This document shows positions 55,268 to 64,000 of a DNA stretch of 64,000 nt, in pieces. This DNA is from Candidatus Limnocylindria bacterium. GTDB lineage: Bacteria; Chloroflexota; Limnocylindria; QHBO01. The position numbers were made by a program, and so were the translations under genes. Location of the stretch: assembly GCA_035708065.1 (NCBI GenBank), contig DASSTC010000043.1, positions 2,076 through 66,075 on the forward strand, given 5' to 3'. The number at the start of each line of letters is the position of its first letter. Position 1 is the first letter of the stretch. The notes under the pieces were generated by a model that was not told where the DNA came from, did no database searches, and was given only the letters and a program-made list of their open reading frames with translations.

Positions 55268-55708
55268 ATGACCGTTCGGATCCGGCCGGCGCGTCGTGAT
55301 GACGCCAAGGCGATTGCCGGGCTGGCCGTGCAGCTGGGTTACCAGGCGACGATGGAGGAGGTCGCGGCGCGCCTGGAGCGCTTGCTGCCCAACCGCGAAT
55401 CGGCGGTGCTCGTGGCAGCCGGCGCCGACGATCGACCGTTGGGCTGGCTCCACGTCTACCTGCACCGAACGGTCGAGAGCGCGGTCAGCGCACGGATCGG
55501 CGGCTTGGTGGTCGACGAGGCGCAGCGCTCGCGTGGCATCGGTCAGGCGCTGCTGCAGGCCGCCGAAGCATGGGGCGACGAGCATGGAGTGACACGGATG
55601 ACGCTCTACTCGCGTCAGAGCCGCGAGCGGGCCCATCGGTTCTACGAGCGTTCGGGATACCGGATCGCCAAGCACTCGTACCTGCTCGAGAAGGACCTGG
55701 CGAAGTGA
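55268..55708 (+). CDS. GNAT-family N-acetyltransferase
   Basis: IRPARRDDAKAIAGL and the acetyl-CoA motif QRSRGIGQALLQAAEAWG are present. Length is 146 aa. Confidence 0.8.
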   Translation: MTVRIRPARRDDAKAIAGLAVQLGYQATMEEVAARLERLLPNRESAVLVAAGADDRPLGWLHVYLHRTVESAVSARIGGLVVDEAQRSRGIGQALLQAAEAWGDEHGVTRMTLYSRQSRERAHRFYERSGYRIAKHSYLLEKDLAK

Positions 55709-55727
55709 GGCTTCGTACGGCTCGGGC

Positions 55728-55733
55728 TATACT
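55728..55733 (+). promoter_or_regulatory. -10-like hexamer TATACT (GGCTATACT) upstream of dxs
   Basis: The box lies about 35 nt before TTG 55768. GGAG sits in the leader. Confidence 0.4.
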
Positions 55734-55767
55734 TTCCCGGCCCATTTGCATCGTCTGGAGTAGCTCC

Positions 55768-57735
55768 TTGCCCGGTGTAGACCACCTGACCGATCCCGCC
55801 CAGCTGCGCTCGATGACCGATGCGCAGCTCGACCGCCTGGCCGATGCGATGCGCGAGAAGATGATCCGCACCGTCAAGCAGACCGGCGGTCACCTGGCCT
55901 CGTCGCTGGGTGCCGTCGAGATCGCCCTGGCGCTGCACCGGGTCATGGATTCGCCCCGCGATCGGATCGTGTGGGACACCGGGCACCAGGCCTACGCCCA
56001 CAAGCTGCTCACCGGACGTGGCGAGCGGTTTGACACGCTGCGCCAGGTCGATGGCATCGGCGGCTTCCCACGACGCAGCGAGAGCGAGCATGACGTGTTC
56101 GACGGCGGCCATGCGGGGACCGGGGTGAGCATCGGGGTGGGGCTGGCTGCGGCGCGCGACCTGCTGCCGGTCGGCGATCCGGGCCGCCGGCAGCGCATCG
56201 CCGTGTGCGTCGGCGACGCTGCGCTGCAGAGCGGCCTGACCATGGAGGCGCTCAACCACCTGGGGCACACCAAGCATCGCCTGCTGATCGTGCTCAACGA
56301 CAACGAGATGAGCATCAGCCCGTCCGTCGGCGGGCTGTCGACGTCGCTCAACAAGCTGCGCCTGACCAAGGCCTACCAGGGCACGAAGTCGGCGACCAAG
56401 GGCGTGCTCGAGCGCGTGCCCCTGGTGGGCAAGCCGCTGTTCGACGTCCTGGCCTTCACCAAGGAGGGGTTCAAGCGCTCGTGGGCCAAGGTCGGCTTCT
56501 TCGAGGACATGGGACTGACTTACATCGGCGTGCTGGACGGCCACGACCGCCGGGAGCTGGAGAGCGCCTTCGAGCGCGCCTTCGAGCTCAACGGGCCGGT
56601 GCTGGTCCACGTCAAGACGGTGAAGGGACGGGGTTACGCTCCCGCCGAGGCCGATTCGGAGTCGTTCCACGGCGCGTCGCTGCCGCCCATCGACCTGGCT
56701 GCGATCGATCCGACCGAGGAGCCACTGCCATCGACCGCCGCCGGCAAGCGCAAGCCGAAGACCTACACCCAGGCGTTCGTCGAGGAGCTGATTCGCCTGG
56801 CGACCGATGACGATCGGATCGTGGCCATCACCGCGGGCATGCCGACCGGCACCGGGCTGTCGCGCTTCGCGGAGCGCTTCCCACGGCGATTCTTCGATGT
56901 GGGAATTGCCGAACAGCACGCCGTCACGCTGGCTGCGGGCCTGGCCCTGGCGGGCCGCCGCCCGGTCGTGTCGCTGTACTCCACGTTCAGCCAGCGCGCC
57001 TACGACCAGCTGGTCCACGACGTCTGCCAGAACGGCCTGCCGGTGCTGCTGGCGGTCGATCGTGCCGGCCTGGTCGGCGAGGACGGCACCTCGCACCAGG
57101 GCATGTTCACGCTCGCGGCGCAGCGGTCGCTGCCGAACCTGGTCATCGGCTCGCCGAAGGACGAGCAGGAGCTGCGCGACATGGTCGTCACGGCGGTCGC
57201 CTGCGACGGACCGATGTCGCTGCACTACCCGCGCGACGCGGGCGAGGATCTGCCCGATCGCGAGGGCCACGCGCTCGAGGTCGGCCGCGGCGAGGTGCTG
57301 GCGGAGGGCCATGACCTGGTCTTCGTGGGCTTCGGACCGATCGTGCAGCGGCTGGTCGCGGTTGCCACCGAGCTCGAGTCCGCCACCGGACTGACCGCGA
57401 CGGTGATCAACGCCCGCTGGGCGAAGCCACTCGACGAGGCGCTGCTCGCCGAGCACGCCGCGGGAAAGCAGCTCGTCGTCACCGCCGAGGAGTCGGCCGC
57501 AATGGGCGGCTTCGGCGACGGTGTGCTCGATGCGCTCAATCGCGCGGGCGTCCACGTGCCGCTGCTGAAGATCGCGCTGGTCGAGGGCTTCGTGCATCAC
57601 GGCGCGGTCGACGACCTGCGGCGCCAGCAGCGGATTGACGTGTCGGGGATCGAGGAGCAGGTGCGGATGAAGCTCGGCGCACTTGGCGTATCGCTCGAGC
57701 CAGGGCAGAAGTCGCGCAAGGCGAGCGCCGCGTAG
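55768..57735 (+). CDS. dxs: 1-deoxy-D-xylulose-5-phosphate synthase
   Basis: GGHLASSLGAVEIALALH, DTGHQAYAHKLLTGR and GDAALQSGLTMEALN are present. The TTG start at 55768 has GGAG 7 nt upstream. Confidence 0.93.
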   Translation: MPGVDHLTDPAQLRSMTDAQLDRLADAMREKMIRTVKQTGGHLASSLGAVEIALALHRVMDSPRDRIVWDTGHQAYAHKLLTGRGERFDTLRQVDGIGGFPRRSESEHDVFDGGHAGTGVSIGVGLAAARDLLPVGDPGRRQRIAVCVGDAALQSGLTMEALNHLGHTKHRLLIVLNDNEMSISPSVGGLSTSLNKLRLTKAYQGTKSATKGVLERVPLVGKPLFDVLAFTKEGFKRSWAKVGFFEDMGLTYIGVLDGHDRRELESAFERAFELNGPVLVHVKTVKGRGYAPAEADSESFHGASLPPIDLAAIDPTEEPLPSTAAGKRKPKTYTQAFVEELIRLATDDDRIVAITAGMPTGTGLSRFAERFPRRFFDVGIAEQHAVTLAAGLALAGRRPVVSLYSTFSQRAYDQLVHDVCQNGLPVLLAVDRAGLVGEDGTSHQGMFTLAAQRSLPNLVIGSPKDEQELRDMVVTAVACDGPMSLHYPRDAGEDLPDREGHALEVGRGEVLAEGHDLVFVGFGPIVQRLVAVATELESATGLTATVINARWAKPLDEALLAEHAAGKQLVVTAEESAAMGGFGDGVLDALNRAGVHVPLLKIALVEGFVHHGAVDDLRRQQRIDVSGIEEQVRMKLGALGVSLEPGQKSRKASAA

Positions 57736-57745
57736 GCCGTTCCGT

Positions 57746-57762
57746 CGTTGACGGGGTCAACG
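57746..57762 (+). other. 17-nt perfect palindrome, CGTTGAC-GGG-GTCAACG, 11 nt after the dxs stop
   Basis: It was read directly. It could be an RNA 3' hairpin or an operator for the tlyA-RHH-nadK-recN unit. Confidence 0.3.
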
Positions 57763-57780
57763 ATAGCCGGGCACCGACGC

Positions 57781-57809
57781 CTGACGATTCGCCCGATGGC
57801 CCGTACCAT
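57781..57809 (+). promoter_or_regulatory. candidate promoter CTGACG-N17-TACCAT, with the hexamer 6 nt before tlyA ATG 57816
   Basis: The -35-like CTGACG spans 57781-57786. A 17-nt spacer separates it from the -10-like TACCAT at 57804-57809. Confidence 0.45.
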
Positions 57810-57815
57810 CGGCCG

Positions 57816-58610
57816 ATGCCGCGCATGCGCCTCGACCAGCTCCTGGTGGAGCGCCGCCTCGCGAGCTCGCGCAGCCAGGCACAGGCACTGATCCTCGCCG
57901 GCGAAGTCGAGCTGCGAGGCGCCGGAACGAGAACGCTGAAGCCGGGACAACAGGTGGCGGCGGACGCGTCGGTTTCCCTGGTCGGCAAGCCTCGATGGGC
58001 GAGCCGTGCCGGCGCCAAGCTGGACGCGGCGCTCGGGGCGTTCGCCATCGACCCCACGGGACTCGCCTGCCTGGACGCGGGCGCGTCGACCGGCGGCTTC
58101 ACCGACGTCCTGCTCGAGGGCGGCGCGCGGATCGTCTATGCAGTCGACGTCGGCCGCGCGCAGCTGGTCGACCGCCTGCGGCGCGACCCCCGGGTGGTCA
58201 GCATGGAGCGCACGAACCTGCGTACGCTCGACGCGCTGCCCGAGCCGGTCGACCTCGTCACGCTCGACCTCTCGTTCATCTCGCTCGCGCTCGTCCTGCC
58301 CGCGGTGCACCGACTGCTGACCGATGCGGGACGTGCCGTGTGCCTGGTCAAGCCGCAGTTCGAGGCAGGCCGCGACGCCGTTCCTCGAGGAGGCGTGGTG
58401 CGCGATTCGGCGGTGCACCGCGACGTCCTCCTGCGCTTCGGCGATCACGCGGTCGCCGCTGGGTTCGTGCCGACGCGGCTCATCCGCTCGCCGGTCACCG
58501 GCAGTGACGGCAATGTCGAGTTCCTGGCCCTTTTGGAGAAATCCGTGGCGACGCGTCGAGATTGGGCGGCGCTGGTCGAGCCTGTGGTTGCCGGCGACCG
58601 CGCCGTGTAG
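57816..58610 (+). CDS. tlyA: TlyA-family rRNA 2'-O-methyltransferase
   Basis: An S4-like N-terminus (RLDQLLVERRLASSRSQAQALI) is followed by the SAM motif LDAGASTGGFTD. Confidence 0.9.
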   Translation: MPRMRLDQLLVERRLASSRSQAQALILAGEVELRGAGTRTLKPGQQVAADASVSLVGKPRWASRAGAKLDAALGAFAIDPTGLACLDAGASTGGFTDVLLEGGARIVYAVDVGRAQLVDRLRRDPRVVSMERTNLRTLDALPEPVDLVTLDLSFISLALVLPAVHRLLTDAGRAVCLVKPQFEAGRDAVPRGGVVRDSAVHRDVLLRFGDHAVAAGFVPTRLIRSPVTGSDGNVEFLALLEKSVATRRDWAALVEPVVAGDRAV

Positions 58611-58625
58611 CACGCGCGTACTACG

Positions 58626-58952
58626 ATGCCGGGCGTGAAGAAGCGCAGGACACCTGCCGCCGAGCAGCTGAGCGCCTTCGAGGGCTTCGAGCCGGTCACG
58701 TCGCTGCCCGAACCCGGCGTCGACACGATGCGCCAGATCGTCAGCCTGCGCATGCCCGATGCACTGCTCGAACGGGTCGAGACCGCTGCCCGCCAGCGCG
58801 GTGTCTCGCCGTCGAGCCTGATGCGTGCGCTGATCGCCGCCGGACTCGACCGCAGCTACGCGGCGGTGACCGAATCGGACGTCGCCACCGAGCTCGGCGC
58901 GCTGCGCCGGCAGATCGAGCAGATCGCCGAGCGCCTGGAGCAGCAGGTATGA
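58626..58952 (+). CDS. ribbon-helix-helix (CopG/Arc-like) domain protein
   Basis: RQIVSLRMPDALLERVETAARQRGVSPSSLMRALI is RHH-like. The stop overlaps the nadK start (ATGA). The true start is uncertain. Confidence 0.5.
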   Translation: MPGVKKRRTPAAEQLSAFEGFEPVTSLPEPGVDTMRQIVSLRMPDALLERVETAARQRGVSPSSLMRALIAAGLDRSYAAVTESDVATELGALRRQIEQIAERLEQQV

Positions 58953-59794
58953 GCGGGCTGCGGCGCATCGGCCTGGCGTACAACCCGACCAACCCGGAGG
59001 TGCCGCCCGTCCTCGAGCGGGCGAAGCGCTGGTGTCAGGCGAACGGCGTCGAGACCTGGGAATCGCAGGCAGAGGACGCGCACGCCATCGGGCCCGAGCT
59101 CGAGGGCACCGACCTCGTGGCGATCCTCGGCGGTGACGGGACGTTCCTGCGCGCTGCGCGGGCGATCGGCGCATCGCAGGTGCCGGCGTTGGGCATCAAC
59201 CTGGGACGCATCGGCTTCCTGGCCAAGGTCGAGACCGGTGACCTGGAGCGAGCGCTGGAGCAGGTCGCCAACGGCGAGTTCACGGTCGAGGAGCGCTTCC
59301 GCATCCAGGCCGCGCTGCGACGCACGAGCGGCGAGACGGAGCAGCACGCCTGCGTCAACGAGGTCGTCGTGGCGCGCGCCAACCGCGTACGGATGATCCA
59401 TATCGAGGTCGAGGTATCGGGCAGCCACCTGGCGACGTACGTGGCCGACGGCGTGGTCGTCGCCACGCCGACCGGTTCGACCGCCTACTCGTTCTCGGCC
59501 GGTGGATCGATCCTCGATCCGCGCCTGCGCAACATGATCATCACGCCGGTCGCCGCCTACCTCTCGCCACTGCACAGCGTCGTCGCCGGCGGCGATCACC
59601 TCGTGCGGTTGACGCTGCGCCTGGCGGCGGACGGCGCGCTGCTGTCGCTCGACGGCCAGGCCGACATCCCGATGGCCGAGGGCGACTGTGTCGAGGTCTC
59701 GGCGCTCGAACGGCCGCTGCGAATCATCGAGCCGGCGGGCAGCACGCCGTTCTACGACCTGCTGCGCACCAAGGCCAGCCTGCTGCCGTACTGA
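58949..59794 (+). CDS. nadK: NAD kinase
   Basis: LVAILGGDGTFLRAAR, NLGRIGFL and ATPTGSTAYSFSAGG are present. Confidence 0.9.
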   Translation: MSGLRRIGLAYNPTNPEVPPVLERAKRWCQANGVETWESQAEDAHAIGPELEGTDLVAILGGDGTFLRAARAIGASQVPALGINLGRIGFLAKVETGDLERALEQVANGEFTVEERFRIQAALRRTSGETEQHACVNEVVVARANRVRMIHIEVEVSGSHLATYVADGVVVATPTGSTAYSFSAGGSILDPRLRNMIITPVAAYLSPLHSVVAGGDHLVRLTLRLAADGALLSLDGQADIPMAEGDCVEVSALERPLRIIEPAGSTPFYDLLRTKASLLPY

Positions 59795-59797
59795 CCG

Positions 59798-61450
59798 ATG
59801 CCGCTGCTGGAGCTCAACGTCGAGAACCTCGCGGTGCTGTCGTCGGTCCGGCTGCCGCTGGCGCCGGGCCTCACCGTCGTCACCGGCGAGACGGGCGCCG
59901 GGAAGTCGCTGGTCGTCGACGCGCTGTCGCTCGCGCTCGGCGCGCGAGCCTCTTCGGACGCGGTGCGGGCGGGGACCGATGCCGCCCGGATCGAGGCGAT
60001 CTTCGACGCCGTGCCGCGCGACGCCGACGACGCCCTGGACGAGCTCGTCGAGGCCGGCGACGGCATGGTCATCGTGCGGCGCGAGGTCTCCGCCGACGGA
60101 CGCTCGCTGGTGCGCGTCAACGATCGCGCGGTGACGGTCGGTGCGCTGGCGGCGCTCGGTGCGCGGCTGGCGGAGATCCACGGCCAGCACGAGCAGCAGC
60201 GCCTGTTGGATCCATCACGGCAGCTCGCGCTGCTCGATCGAGCCGGCGGGCTGGACGACCTGCGTGGCGAGGTGGCTGCTGCGCACCGCGCCTGGCGCTC
60301 GGTGGTGGCGGCCGCCGAGGAGCTGCTCACGGACGAGCGGGAACTGGCTCGGCGGGTCGAGCTGCTGCGCCACCAGGTCGACGAAATCGACGCTGCGCGG
60401 CTGCAGCCGGGCGAGGACTTGACGCTCGAGGCGGCGGTGCGTGCTGCGCAGCATGCCGAGGAGATCGCACGGGCCGCCTCCGATGCCGTCAGCGCGTTGC
60501 GCGACGATCGCGCCGGCCTGGAGGCACTCGGGGCCGCGCTGGCCGCGCTCCATGCGGCTGCGCAGCACGACGAGCGCTTCGCCCCGCTGGTCGAGCGCGC
60601 CACCGGCCTGGTGGCCGAGGCGGAGGAGCTGGCGCGCGACGCCGCCGCGCTCGGCGAGCTGGATCTCGATCCGGCCACGCGCGTTGAGCTCGAAGAGCGC
60701 CTGGCGCTGCTCTACGACCTGCAGCGCAAGTACGGACCCTCGCTGGCCGACGTCGTGGCGTTCGGCGAGGCCGCAGCGCGCGACCTTGCAGCGCTCGAGG
60801 ACCAGGCGGGGGAGCGCGAACGGCTGCGCATCGAGCAGACGCGGCTGCGCAGCGAGCTGGTCGCTGCCGCCGAGCGGCTGACGAAGGCGCGTCGCGAGGC
60901 CGCCACGCGGCTGAGCGCGCAGGTCAACGCCGAGCTGCCGCCGCTCGGCCTGGCGTCCGGGTCGTTCGACGTCGAGATCGAGCCGGCCGAGCCCGGGCCG
61001 GGCGGCGCGGACCGCCTGACATTCACCTTCGCCCCGAATCCGGGTGAGCCGCCGCGCCCACTGGCGCGCATCGCGTCGGGTGGCGAGGCGAGCCGGCTCA
61101 GCCTGGCCCTCAAGGTCGTCCTGGCCGCGGCCGACGACACGCCGGTCCTCGTCTTCGACGAGGTCGACGCCGGCATCGGCGGCCGGAACGCCGGGGCACT
61201 CGGGGAGCGGCTCAAGGGGCTGGCGGCGCATCACCAGGTGCTGTGCGTCACCCACCTGCCGCAGATCGCGGCGTATGCCGACGCGCATGTCCACGTCGGA
61301 AAGCGTGTCGAGGACGGTCGGACGCACACCGAGGTGCGGCTGCTCGATGCCGAGGAGCGGACCGTCGAGCTTGCGGCGATGCTCGGCGGCGCGGAAGCCG
61401 GCGACGCCGCCCTCGCCGCGGCCGAGGCGCTGCTGCGCACCGCCCGGTGA
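59798..61450 (+). CDS. recN: DNA repair protein RecN
   Basis: The Walker A motif TGETGAGKS is followed by a long coiled coil and C-terminal SGGEASRLSLAL...LVFDEVDAGIGG. Confidence 0.95.
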   Translation: MPLLELNVENLAVLSSVRLPLAPGLTVVTGETGAGKSLVVDALSLALGARASSDAVRAGTDAARIEAIFDAVPRDADDALDELVEAGDGMVIVRREVSADGRSLVRVNDRAVTVGALAALGARLAEIHGQHEQQRLLDPSRQLALLDRAGGLDDLRGEVAAAHRAWRSVVAAAEELLTDERELARRVELLRHQVDEIDAARLQPGEDLTLEAAVRAAQHAEEIARAASDAVSALRDDRAGLEALGAALAALHAAAQHDERFAPLVERATGLVAEAEELARDAAALGELDLDPATRVELEERLALLYDLQRKYGPSLADVVAFGEAAARDLAALEDQAGERERLRIEQTRLRSELVAAAERLTKARREAATRLSAQVNAELPPLGLASGSFDVEIEPAEPGPGGADRLTFTFAPNPGEPPRPLARIASGGEASRLSLALKVVLAAADDTPVLVFDEVDAGIGGRNAGALGERLKGLAAHHQVLCVTHLPQIAAYADAHVHVGKRVEDGRTHTEVRLLDAEERTVELAAMLGGAEAGDAALAAAEALLRTAR

Positions 61451-62325
61451 GCATCGACGATGCGATCGATGCCTTCCTGCTCGAGCTGCGCGTCGAGCGC
61501 GGGCTCTCACCGCTGACCATCGCGGCGTACCGGCGCGACCTCGGCCAGTTCGCGGCGACCGCGGACGCCGACTGGCGGCGCGACCCGCAGCCCGCGCGAG
61601 ACTTCGTCGCCGCGCTGCGCCGGAACGGTCGCCGGCCGGCGACCCAGGCACGCAAGGTCGCCGCGCTGCGCAGCTTCTACGCCTTCGCGCTGCGCGAGGG
61701 GATCATCGAGCGCGAGGTGGCGACGTTGCTCGCCACGCCGAAGCCAGGCAGCTACCTGCCCGAGGTCCTGGCCGCCGACGACGTCGTGCGCGTCCTCGAC
61801 GCGCCTCCGGCCGACGATCCGGCGGGGATTCGCGACCGCGCGCTGCTCGAGCTGCTCTACGACTGCGGGCTGCGGGTCAGCGAGCTGACCGGCCTCGACC
61901 TGGACCGCGTGGACCTCGAGAAGCTGCAGGTCCGGGTCATCGGCAAGGGGGACAAGGAGCGGCGCGTGCCGATGACCGAGGAGGCGCGTGAGCGGCTGCA
62001 CCGGTACCTCGGCGGACCGCGCGCCACGTGGACCGCCAAACAGCCGACGCCCGCTGTCTTCGTCAGCCAGCACGGGAAGCGGCTGGTGCGCGAATCGGTC
62101 TACCGGCTGGTGCGCGGCTGGGCGGAGGTGGCAGGCCTGGGCGAGAAGGTCACGCCGCACACCTTCCGGCACAGCTTCGCGACGCATCTGCTGGAGGGCG
62201 GCGCGGACCTGCGGGTGGTCCAGACGCTGCTCGGCCATGCTAGCATCAGCACGACCCAGCTCTACACCCACCTGACCGGGCGCCGACTGCGCGAGGTGTA
62301 CACCAAGGCCCACCCGAGAGCCTGA
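61447..62325 (+). CDS. xerD: tyrosine recombinase XerD-like
   Basis: IDAFLLELRVERGLSPLTIAAYRRDL and HTFRHSFATHLLEGGADLRVVQTLLGHASISTTQLYTH are present. The start overlaps the recN stop (GTGA). Confidence 0.88.
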   Translation: MSIDDAIDAFLLELRVERGLSPLTIAAYRRDLGQFAATADADWRRDPQPARDFVAALRRNGRRPATQARKVAALRSFYAFALREGIIEREVATLLATPKPGSYLPEVLAADDVVRVLDAPPADDPAGIRDRALLELLYDCGLRVSELTGLDLDRVDLEKLQVRVIGKGDKERRVPMTEEARERLHRYLGGPRATWTAKQPTPAVFVSQHGKRLVRESVYRLVRGWAEVAGLGEKVTPHTFRHSFATHLLEGGADLRVVQTLLGHASISTTQLYTHLTGRRLREVYTKAHPRA

Positions 62326-62345
62326 GCCGAGGAGCCGAGGATCCC

Positions 62346-63155
62346 ATGAGCTACGCCACGAACCTCCTGTCGCGGGGCGAGGAGATCGTCTTCGAGAGCC
62401 GGCAGCACTGGTTCGCCGTTCTCGCCCAGACCTGGGTCTGGATCCTGGTCGCCATCGTGTCGCTGGCGGTCCTCATCTTCCTGGGCACGAACGCCGGGCT
62501 GGTCCTGAACAATGGCACCGCCGACCAGGTGGTGACGATCATCGTGCTGGTCGTGCTGCTCGCCTCGCTCGGTCGCATCGGCCTGGTGCTGTGGGCCTGG
62601 CGCAACGAGGAATACCTGGTCACCACGCGGCGGATCATCAAGTCCGAGGGCATCTTCAACAAGAACATGGGCGACTCGAGCCTGGAGAAGGTCAACGACG
62701 CGCACCTGTCGCAGAGCTGGATGGGTCGCATCTTCGACTACGGCACGCTCGACATCCTGACCGCCGCCGACGAGTCGGGTGGCATCGAGGACTTCCGGAT
62801 GCTGGCCGACCCGGTGAAGTTCAAGATCGCGATGCTCAACCAGAAGGAGCTGCTCGAGCGACCGGACCTCGCTCCGCCACGCCGCTACCAGCAGCGCGAT
62901 GCGCAGCCGGAGATGCGTCGTGCGGACCCGATGCCGCCTCGTGCCGGCTCTGATCGCGTCTCCGAGGTCCGCTCAGAGCCGGTGGTGGCCTCCCCACCGA
63001 CGGAAGCCGGACCTGCCGTCGCTCCCGGGCAGCGGGGTGCGTCACCCGACGAGCTGGCAGCGACACTCGAGCGGCTGGGCGGCCTGCGCGACAAGGGGCT
63101 GATCACCGACGACGAGTACGAGGCAAAGAAGCGCGACATCCTGGAGCGGATGTAG
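62346..63155 (+). CDS. membrane bacterial-PH (YdbT/bPH_2-like) domain protein with a C-terminal SHOCT domain
   Basis: LLSRGEEIVFESRQHW is followed by two TM helices and YLVTTRRIIKSEGIFNKN...YGTLDILTA. The C-terminal LGGLRDKGLITDDEYEAKKRDIL is SHOCT-like. Confidence 0.7.
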   Translation: MSYATNLLSRGEEIVFESRQHWFAVLAQTWVWILVAIVSLAVLIFLGTNAGLVLNNGTADQVVTIIVLVVLLASLGRIGLVLWAWRNEEYLVTTRRIIKSEGIFNKNMGDSSLEKVNDAHLSQSWMGRIFDYGTLDILTAADESGGIEDFRMLADPVKFKIAMLNQKELLERPDLAPPRRYQQRDAQPEMRRADPMPPRAGSDRVSEVRSEPVVASPPTEAGPAVAPGQRGASPDELAATLERLGGLRDKGLITDDEYEAKKRDILERM

Positions 63156-64000
63156 GTGTCCCAGCCCCGCCTGGGAGCGCTGGCCGACGGAATCTACGGC
63201 GAAGAGCTCGATCGACGGATCTCCGCTGCCGCGGATGCCATTTCGAGCTTCCTGCGGACCGATGCGCGCCTGGCGGCGCCGAAGCTCGCCTTCGTCCTCG
63301 GCTCGGGGCTCGGCGACGTCGTCGAGCTGCTGGACGACGCGCCGCGGCTGGAGCTTGACTACGCCGACATTCCGTTCGTGCCCCACGTCGCCGTCGTGGG
63401 CCACGCGGGCCGGCTGGTCGGCGGCCTGGTTCACGGCACGCCGGTACTGGTCCTGTCCGGTCGCGCGCATCCATACGAGGGCTACTCGCATCGGGAGGCG
63501 ACGATCCTGCTGCGCGCCTGCCTGTCACTCGGCGTCGAGACCGTGGTGCTCACCAACGCCGCCGGCGCGCTCAACGCGGAGTTCGATCCGGGCGACGTGA
63601 TGCTGATCAGCGACATGATCAACCTGTCGGGCGAGAACCCGCTGCTCGGGCCGAACCTCGACCGATTCGGGCCGCGCTTCCCGGCGATGGCCGATGCCTT
63701 CGATCCAGGGCTGCGCGAGCGAGCCGCGGAGGCCGCAGCGACCGTCGACGTCCGCTTGCGCGAGGGGGTCTACATCATGCTGTCGGGTCCCTACTACGAG
63801 ACCCGGGCCGAGATGCGCATGCTTCGCGCGCTGGGCGGCGATGCGGTTGGCATGTCGACGGTCCATGAGGTGCTCGTGGCGCGCCACGCCGGCGCTCGGG
63901 TGCTGGCCTTCAGCCTGATCACCAATAAGGCGACCGACGACGTCGAAGCCGGCGCGACCCACGAGGAGGTCATCGAGATGGGTCGCATCGGTGCCGGCCG
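63156..64000 (+). CDS. punA: purine nucleoside phosphorylase (PunA type), 3'-truncated by the window edge
   Basis: This gene is absent from the ORF track because no stop falls in the window. My own translation from GTG 63156 gives ...FVLGSGLG..., VVGHAGRLVGG..., GRAHPYEGY, VLTNAAGALN, YETRAEMRMLRALGGDAVGMSTVHEV and SLITNKA. Confidence 0.85.
   Translation, partial: MSQPRLGALADGIYGEELDRRISAAADAISSFLRTDARLAAPKLAFVLGSGLGDVVELLDDAPRLELDYADIPFVPHVAVVGHAGRLVGGLVHGTPVLVLSGRAHPYEGYSHREATILLRACLSLGVETVVLTNAAGALNAEFDPGDVMLISDMINLSGENPLLGPNLDRFGPRFPAMADAFDPGLRERAAEAAATVDVRLREGVYIMLSGPYYETRAEMRMLRALGGDAVGMSTVHEVLVARHAGARVLAFSLITNKATDDVEAGATHEEVIEMGRIGAG

Overview
The window is very GC-rich, with G/C dominating third codon positions in every frame I accept. 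That bias produces many long spurious shadow ORFs on the opposite strand and in off-frames. I accept about 54 protein-coding genes, 50 on the + strand and 4 on the - strand. I found no rRNA, tRNA, CRISPR array, transposase or prophage.

The backbone is housekeeping with a Firmicutes/Terrabacteria-like gene order:
- comM-dprA-topA-xerC
- murJ-murE with three FemX-like genes
- relA-hisS ... aspS
- LCP, then cysteine desulfurase-mnmA
- alaS ... ruvX-mltG-pepP-efp
- xseA-xseB ... dxs-tlyA-nadK-recN-xerD
- punA, cut by the right edge

Several non-backbone modules sit inside or beside this backbone:
1. An orphan, cysteine-rich TadE/TadE/TadG pseudopilin-like operon (1289-4340, minus strand), plus a receiver-fused CpaE/TadZ-like ATPase (8509-9690).
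2. A divergent pair between hisS and aspS: a secreted tandem cyanophycinase-like protein and a DUF2652-like/SRPBCC fusion.
3. An FtsA-family actin-like ATPase and a large bitopic membrane protein between alaS and ruvX.
4. A translationally coupled four-gene operon between xseB and dxs: ASRT-like protein, ThDP enzyme, enolase-superfamily enzyme and FAD/Fe-S dehydrogenase.

Non-coding observations:
- A 26-nt element with 11-bp-phased GGTAA boxes lies at identical spacing from a -10-like hexamer upstream of both comM and topA.
- About a dozen operon heads have a leaderless-type architecture, with a TANNNT hexamer 5-10 nt before the start codon.
- Three 18-nt palindromic repeats lie upstream of aspS.
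- An ATGC-core repeat cluster lies upstream of xseA.

All functional calls rest on motifs I recognise in the supplied translations, not on database searches. Start codons were chosen by reading the sequence.
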